Below are positions 37,799 through 42,333 of a stretch of DNA of 42,333 nucleotides, one piece after another (position 1 is the stretch's first letter; each line of letters opens with the position of its first letter). Made by a program: the position numbers and the translations under genes. The stretch comes from Bacteroidales bacterium (GTDB lineage Bacteria; Bacteroidota; Bacteroidia; Bacteroidales; PUMT01): contig SLGC01000016.1 of assembly GCA_007123885.1 (NCBI GenBank), forward strand, positions 1 through 42,333, written 5' to 3'. Below the pieces are notes generated by a model. That model saw only the letters and a list, made by a program, of their open reading frames with translations. It was not told the DNA's origin and did not search any database.

Positions 37799-39010
37799 AT
37801 GAATGGTTTAAAAATAAATTCAGCAATTATTTCTGCCCTGATGGCAGTTTTTACCGTGGCCATGACCTTTATCATTTTAGGTGCAATATCTGTTGAACTT
37901 ATTGACTCTATCGGAATTACCCCGAGTCAATTCGGAACTCTTATTCTTGGATTTTTTCTTTCATGTTGCATTATCCAGCTTTTTGTGGGACCATTGGTTG
38001 ACAAGGTGGGATTTAAACCGGTCGCCATACTTGGATTTATCTCCACGGCTGTCAGCTTGACCCTACTTTCGCTTGCAACAAGTTTTGGTTTTGCCCTGTT
38101 TGCCTGCATATTAATGGGGTTGGGTGCAATATCTCTGAGTACGGTCGGGAATACACTGATGCCCGTAGTGCTGTTTGAAGGTAAAGATCCCGCACGCGCA
38201 AGTAATTTTGGTAATGGCTTTTTCGCATTAGGGTATGTAGTTACACCCCTGCTGGTTGTTTTTATGCTTAATTCACTTAACATGAGCTATAACAGTTCCC
38301 TTATTGTCATGAGCATACTGATGCTGGTTTTTCTGGCAGTTACTTTTAGTGCCACTTTCCCGAAAGTTTCGATCGGGTTTAAGTTCAATACGGCCTTCAG
38401 TCTCCTGTTTAAACCGGCAGTTATAATTGCAGCTCTCGCATTATTTTGCTACATTTCACTGGAAATCACAATGGGTACATGGATAAGATCTCTGATGAAT
38501 GAGCTGTATGCAGGTGGTGCGGGCGGAGCTGCCTCCTCAAATTTTTCAGGCGTGGTACTAAGCTTTTTCGGTGTGGCAATGATGGTAGGAAGATTTATGT
38601 CTGCCTCAATCAAAAACCTGACAAAGATCGGGGCCAGGTTGATAATAATTATGTCACTTGTATCTCTTGGCGCAATTACACTTATGGTAGTTGCCACCAG
38701 TCCCCTTGTTGGCATAATTGCCGTAATACTTGCCGGCCTGGCATTTGCACCTATTTTCCCCACTATTATCGGCATTACTTTTTCCAAGTTTGAACCCGGT
38801 TTATATGGAAGTATATTCGGTATTATATTTTCGTTCGGTTTGCTTGGAGGTACATTTATCCCGAATATAATCGGCAATCTCAGTGAAGGTGCAACCGTAC
38901 AGCAAGGTTTAATGATTGCAGGAATAATGGCCTTCATCCTGCTTGTTATTTCCCTGTTTATCGGCCGGGTAGGCACGGCAACAGGTGCAAGAAAGGTGGT
39001 GCCTGATTAA
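37799..39010 (+). CDS. MFS transporter (FucP/TsgA-like)
   Basis: About 12 hydrophobic segments; GPLVDKVGFK, YISLE, GRF, APIFPT. Confidence 0.85.
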   Translation: MNGLKINSAIISALMAVFTVAMTFIILGAISVELIDSIGITPSQFGTLILGFFLSCCIIQLFVGPLVDKVGFKPVAILGFISTAVSLTLLSLATSFGFALFACILMGLGAISLSTVGNTLMPVVLFEGKDPARASNFGNGFFALGYVVTPLLVVFMLNSLNMSYNSSLIVMSILMLVFLAVTFSATFPKVSIGFKFNTAFSLLFKPAVIIAALALFCYISLEITMGTWIRSLMNELYAGGAGGAASSNFSGVVLSFFGVAMMVGRFMSASIKNLTKIGARLIIIMSLVSLGAITLMVVATSPLVGIIAVILAGLAFAPIFPTIIGITFSKFEPGLYGSIFGIIFSFGLLGGTFIPNIIGNLSEGATVQQGLMIAGIMAFILLVISLFIGRVGTATGARKVVPD

Positions 39011-39077
39011 GACTAAAGGTCCAAAGTTCAACCAACAGCAGCAACCGGAAATCAGGTAAACGGCATTCTACCGCTTA

Positions 39078-39132
39078 TGCAAGTCTGGTTCCCGGAAAGG
39101 AAATGCCGGGAATCATTTGCAGGAGTTTTTTT
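39078..39132 (+). terminator. Possible terminator hairpin after the MFS gene
   Basis: TGCAAGT..GGTTCCCGG-N10-CCGGGAATC-ATTTGCA, then a T7 run 4 nt later. Confidence 0.4.
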
Positions 39133-39350
39133 GTCGAAATTTCAAGCACTGAAAGGACATTGTCTCGCGGGGCGTTACAACCTGCCGTTATTAACTAACC
39201 ATGACTCGCTTCCGGTGGACTTAGCCTTTCCGGGCAGGATTGGATACCCGCAGGGAAACTGAAGGTGTTTCATCAATTGTCACCACAAGTCCTCCTTAAA
39301 ATCCCAACCTCACGGATCTATCACGGCGCCTTTATGCTTCACATTGACAG

Positions 39351-40463
39351 CTAGCTCACAGGAATTTTCAGTTCAAAGGAATTACCATCCCCGTGATTAC
39401 TTTTTGCTGATACCTCTCCCCCGTGGGCTTCCACTACCTCCTTTACAAATGCCAGGCCAATTCCCCAGCCACCTCCCGCTTCATCAATTTTATAATAGCG
39501 GCCGAAAATAGCATCAAGGACATCAGCCGGGATTTGCCTGCCAAAGTTATGTACCGTTAATTTGAAAGAGTTGTTTTCTATATCACAGTAAACAGTTATT
39601 GTGGATGATTCGTTACCATGCCTGATTGCATTACCCAGTAAATTATTGAAGGCACGGATAAGCAAATTATTATCAAGCTCCACAATAATTTCATTTCGAT
39701 TGGATCTTAGCTCTATTTTTCTTTTATGAGCAGTCTTAAAAATGTGGATCTCTCTTTCCAGTTCATCCAGAATATTGGTTTTTACTTTATGTAAAGGAAG
39801 CTTTGCAGACGGGGTAACTGTGGCTGCATCCAGGAAATCCTTAATTAATAATTCCGCCTGATGAAGGCTGCCTTTTAATATCTGCAATATTCTATTTACC
39901 TGGTCAACCTCAAGATCATCTTCGAGCAAATTAATGCAGCCTTTGATATTATTTAGTGGTGTATTCAAATCGTGTGTGATCGACTGAATGAAATCTTCAC
40001 GATTTTCATCCTGCAGCTCCAACTCATCTGCCTTTTTTTCGGCGATACTACGCGCATTTATATATACCTCCTCCCTGATCCTGAAATAAGTTTCAGCAGC
40101 CTGTTCAATAGCGTTGTCCATCACCAACATGATAGTATCTCTTTCTGCCGGATCAATATCTTCATATTCGCCGGCAACACGAAATATCTCATTTTTTAAC
40201 AGATTATATTCCCGGATAACCTGTTTTAATGAATAAATCCTAAGGTCACTCCTTTGCATGGCGTGCTGTTGGGAATAAACCGGAATGCGGCTGGTATCAG
40301 GATTTTCCAGTGCGTAAATAATTGCATCTATCAGATCCGGAATGCTGTTTTTAATAATCGATTCATCATAGTTAGTAACTTCCGGAATTTCCCCTGCAAT
40401 CCTCTCCAGCCACCTCCTGATTATCTCCTCCTTATGTTTCCTGACAACTTCGGCAATTTTCAT
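39351..40463 (-). CDS. Cytoplasmic histidine kinase, RsbRD_N + HisKA + HATPase
   Basis: N-terminal 'EEIIRRWLERI...IPDLIDAI...HAMQR....YSLKQVIREY..L'; H-box THDLNTPL; N-box NLLGNAIRHG; GWGIGLAFVKEVVEAHGG; no transmembrane segment. Confidence 0.88.
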   Translation of the reverse strand: MKIAEVVRKHKEEIIRRWLERIAGEIPEVTNYDESIIKNSIPDLIDAIIYALENPDTSRIPVYSQQHAMQRSDLRIYSLKQVIREYNLLKNEIFRVAGEYEDIDPAERDTIMLVMDNAIEQAAETYFRIREEVYINARSIAEKKADELELQDENREDFIQSITHDLNTPLNNIKGCINLLEDDLEVDQVNRILQILKGSLHQAELLIKDFLDAATVTPSAKLPLHKVKTNILDELEREIHIFKTAHKRKIELRSNRNEIIVELDNNLLIRAFNNLLGNAIRHGNESSTITVYCDIENNSFKLTVHNFGRQIPADVLDAIFGRYYKIDEAGGGWGIGLAFVKEVVEAHGGEVSAKSNHGDGNSFELKIPVS

Positions 40464-40791
40464 AATAGATTGTTTGGCTGGAAATTTGAACTACCTATAT
40501 AACAATTGCTATTTGGATTTTGTTTTAATAATGTCATTTAATTTGCGTATTGATCACACATGCCTATAAGGCAATGCCAGGCCAGGAAATGACCGCGCCC
40601 AAAGGACCGGGATTTTAAACTAAATATTCACTGTTATATCCTCCCCTGCTGCAGGTACCGGACGAGGTAATAATCAGAATTACTTGCCGGACGATCGTTA
40701 ATAGTTATCACCCTAAGGTTTATCTCTTCAATTACGAGCTCAGCGAACAGAAAATTATATATCATACTTATCTTATAGGCATTTATTTATA

Positions 40792-40829
40792 TAGCAATGC
40801 TAGTAGATATAAATATAATTTTACATTTG
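40792..40829 (+). promoter_or_regulatory. rrf2 promoter: -7 box TACATTTG with palindrome TAGCA-A-TGCTA near -33
   Basis: TACATTTG at 40822-40829; palindrome at 40792-40802. Confidence 0.55.
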
Positions 40830-40849
40830 CACTATTAAATCATACCAAT

Positions 40850-41275
40850 ATGATGCGATTTTCTAACAGGATTAAATATGGTCTTCAATTCCTGGTATTC
40901 CTGAGCACGAATAATGGAATTTTTACAGATATTCAAAAAGCATCCATTTCTTGCACCATTCCATATAAATTTCTTGAAGCCATTGCTGTTGATCTAAAAA
41001 AAGGAGGAATTTTGAAAGTTAAAAGAGGGGCCGGCGGAGGTTATCAGCTAAACCGGCATCCAGAAGAAATATTGCTTTCTGATATAGTACGGGCTCTTGA
41101 AAAATCAGGAACCAGATTACACTCCGGAGAACAGGATATTTTGGCCAGGGTTGTAAAAGAAACACTTGATGAAGTAACGGAAGGTTTCTGGAGGTTGATG
41201 CAAAACATATCCCTGGGTAATATTCAGCAAAAATATCTTGAAAACATAGATAAAAATATAATGTTTTACATTTAA
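40850..41275 (+). CDS. Rrf2 family transcriptional regulator, CymR-like
   Basis: FSNRIKYGL, IPYKFLEAI..LKKGG...KRGAGGGYQL.RHPEEI.L.DIVRALE; no Fe-S Cys triad; ends in MFYI. Confidence 0.9.
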   Translation: MMRFSNRIKYGLQFLVFLSTNNGIFTDIQKASISCTIPYKFLEAIAVDLKKGGILKVKRGAGGGYQLNRHPEEILLSDIVRALEKSGTRLHSGEQDILARVVKETLDEVTEGFWRLMQNISLGNIQQKYLENIDKNIMFYI

Positions 41276-41296
41276 TAGTTCCTGACCAGAAAATAA

Positions 41297-41398
41297 ATGT
41301 ATTCAATAGCACCGATTAAATATCAAAGAGAATCGGTGCCTGAAGCCGGCACAGAGATAGTCAATACAAAAGATGTATCCGGAAAACCAGTAAAGTAA
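41297..41398 (+). CDS. Possible 33-aa small ORF
   Basis: MYSIAPIKYQRESVPEAGTEIVNTKDVSGKPVK*; A-rich upstream; stop is 1 nt before the DUF2061 ATG. Confidence 0.35.
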   Translation: MYSIAPIKYQRESVPEAGTEIVNTKDVSGKPVK

Positions 41399-41399
41399 T

Positions 41400-41684
41400 A
41401 TGGAAAACAATCCTGAAATAAAAAAGGCCGGTGAAAATAAACAACCATTTAAGGCAATCGGCGAACATCCTCATCGAAGCATTCTGAAGGCAGTATCCTA
41501 CCGGTTCGCCGGAACATGCTTTACTTTTACGGCAGCATACCTTTTTACCGGGAAATTTATTATTGCCGCATCTATAGGGGGAGTTGAGGCAATTTCGAAG
41601 ATACTGCTGTATTACCTGCATGAGAGACTATGGGATAGAATCAGGTTTGGAAAAGAGCCGGAAAGACCTGAATATGAAATCTAG
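41400..41684 (+). CDS. DUF2061 membrane protein
   Basis: RSILKAVSYR..GT..T...AYLFTG....A.SIG.VE..SK..LYYLHERLW..I.FG. Confidence 0.9.
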   Translation: MENNPEIKKAGENKQPFKAIGEHPHRSILKAVSYRFAGTCFTFTAAYLFTGKFIIAASIGGVEAISKILLYYLHERLWDRIRFGKEPERPEYEI

Positions 41685-41818
41685 ATCAGATGCCTTGATG
41701 CAGCCTGAAAGTCCATTATAAAAACCTGCACATCGATCTGGTTGTCGTAAAGGCATGAAAAGTGAACCTCTGGCATGCATTTTGAACTTCTATTGAGAGA
41801 ATTACAAATAGATGTGAT

Positions 41819-42322
41819 ATGAAAAGGTTACTTGCTTTAATATTTGCCATAGCATTTGCTCCGGGTACATTAACAGACGCTGTATCTGGGGAAATGCAGA
41901 TCAATTCTGAGGATGGAAGAAAGGGGCAGTACCAGGAGATAGCAGATCTGGTTGAAGAAGGCAATTTTATTTTCCGGGCCAGACGAGCTTTCCCGCAAAT
42001 CGGGGGCTCTATAGATTTAACCGGCCATCATGGCGTTATTGAATTTTCAGAAAACCATGCAAAATCCGCTCTTCCATTTTTTGGAAGGGCTTATACTCCA
42101 CAATACGGAGCGCCGGGCGGCATCAGGTTTAACGGCGAAATGGACAACCTTGAAATTTCCAGGGATCCTGACAGAATGAGGATAAGGTATTCTTTCGAAG
42201 TCAGGGACATCGACCATTACCGGGTTTCGATGGATATAAGCTCTGACGGCAGGGCCACGGTAAGCATAACAAGCAACAACAGAAGTCCCATGAGGTATGA
42301 GGGCAATATTTTGCCTTCCTGA
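41819..42322 (+). CDS. DUF4251 family secreted protein
   Basis: Signal peptide; F.F.A.RAFP, LPFFGRAY...YG..GGI.F.G, SNNRSPMRYEG. Confidence 0.85.
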   Translation: MKRLLALIFAIAFAPGTLTDAVSGEMQINSEDGRKGQYQEIADLVEEGNFIFRARRAFPQIGGSIDLTGHHGVIEFSENHAKSALPFFGRAYTPQYGAPGGIRFNGEMDNLEISRDPDRMRIRYSFEVRDIDHYRVSMDISSDGRATVSITSNNRSPMRYEGNILPS

Positions 42323-42333
42323 CTTCTCACTGG

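Noticed and set aside
39077-39262. 61-aa ORF between MFS and kinase; also 11015-11239 and 11407-11610
   Set aside because: No motifs; they overlap probable terminator or promoter DNA.
1479-41964. Many 60-200 aa ORFs overlapping the long genes (e.g. 4869-5465, 5701-6240, 36890-37483, 38449-38976)
   Set aside because: Antisense or alternate-frame shadows of well-supported CDSs, with no recognisable motifs.

Overview
Chromosomal window from a Bacteroidota genome, probably an anaerobic Bacteroidales/Marinilabiliales-type organism. This is inferred from TAnnTTTG -7 promoter boxes, A-rich starts without Shine-Dalgarno sites, a TonB-dependent receptor (TBDR)/DUF4249 pair and DUF4251. No integrase, transposase, CRISPR array or rRNA was seen. 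Left (0.7-24 kb): a glycan-degradation cluster without SusC/SusD. It encodes a GH29 fucosidase, cupin, beta-helix lipoprotein, GH123/DUF4091 lipoprotein, Fe-ADH, URO-D-family protein, sugar porter, SSS symporter, tandem two-propeller sialidase-like protein, DapA/NanA-family lyase, two Cys-type sulfatases, Tat-exported FucI-like and AP_endonuc_2 isomerases, and a sialate O-acetylesterase. Middle (24.4-32.3 kb) is the best candidate for an undescribed system: an expanded DUF4212 subunit, ActP-like Na+/solute symporter, membrane TPR protein, DcaP-like porin, metallophosphoesterase and a membrane sCache_2-PAS-CBS-DUF294 nucleotidyltransferase. It may be a carboxylate-sensing nucleotidylation 'writer/eraser' module. 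Right: TBDR + DUF4249, tRNA-Arg(ACG) with a 132-bp-period tandem repeat of its 3' end and terminator, Tat Gfo/Idh/MocA + MFS, an orphan RsbRD_N histidine kinase, a CymR-like Rrf2 + small ORF + DUF2061 (the Rrf2 and DUF2061 proteins both end in CysK-binding-like tails), and DUF4251. All family calls come from motif recognition by eye; no searches were run.
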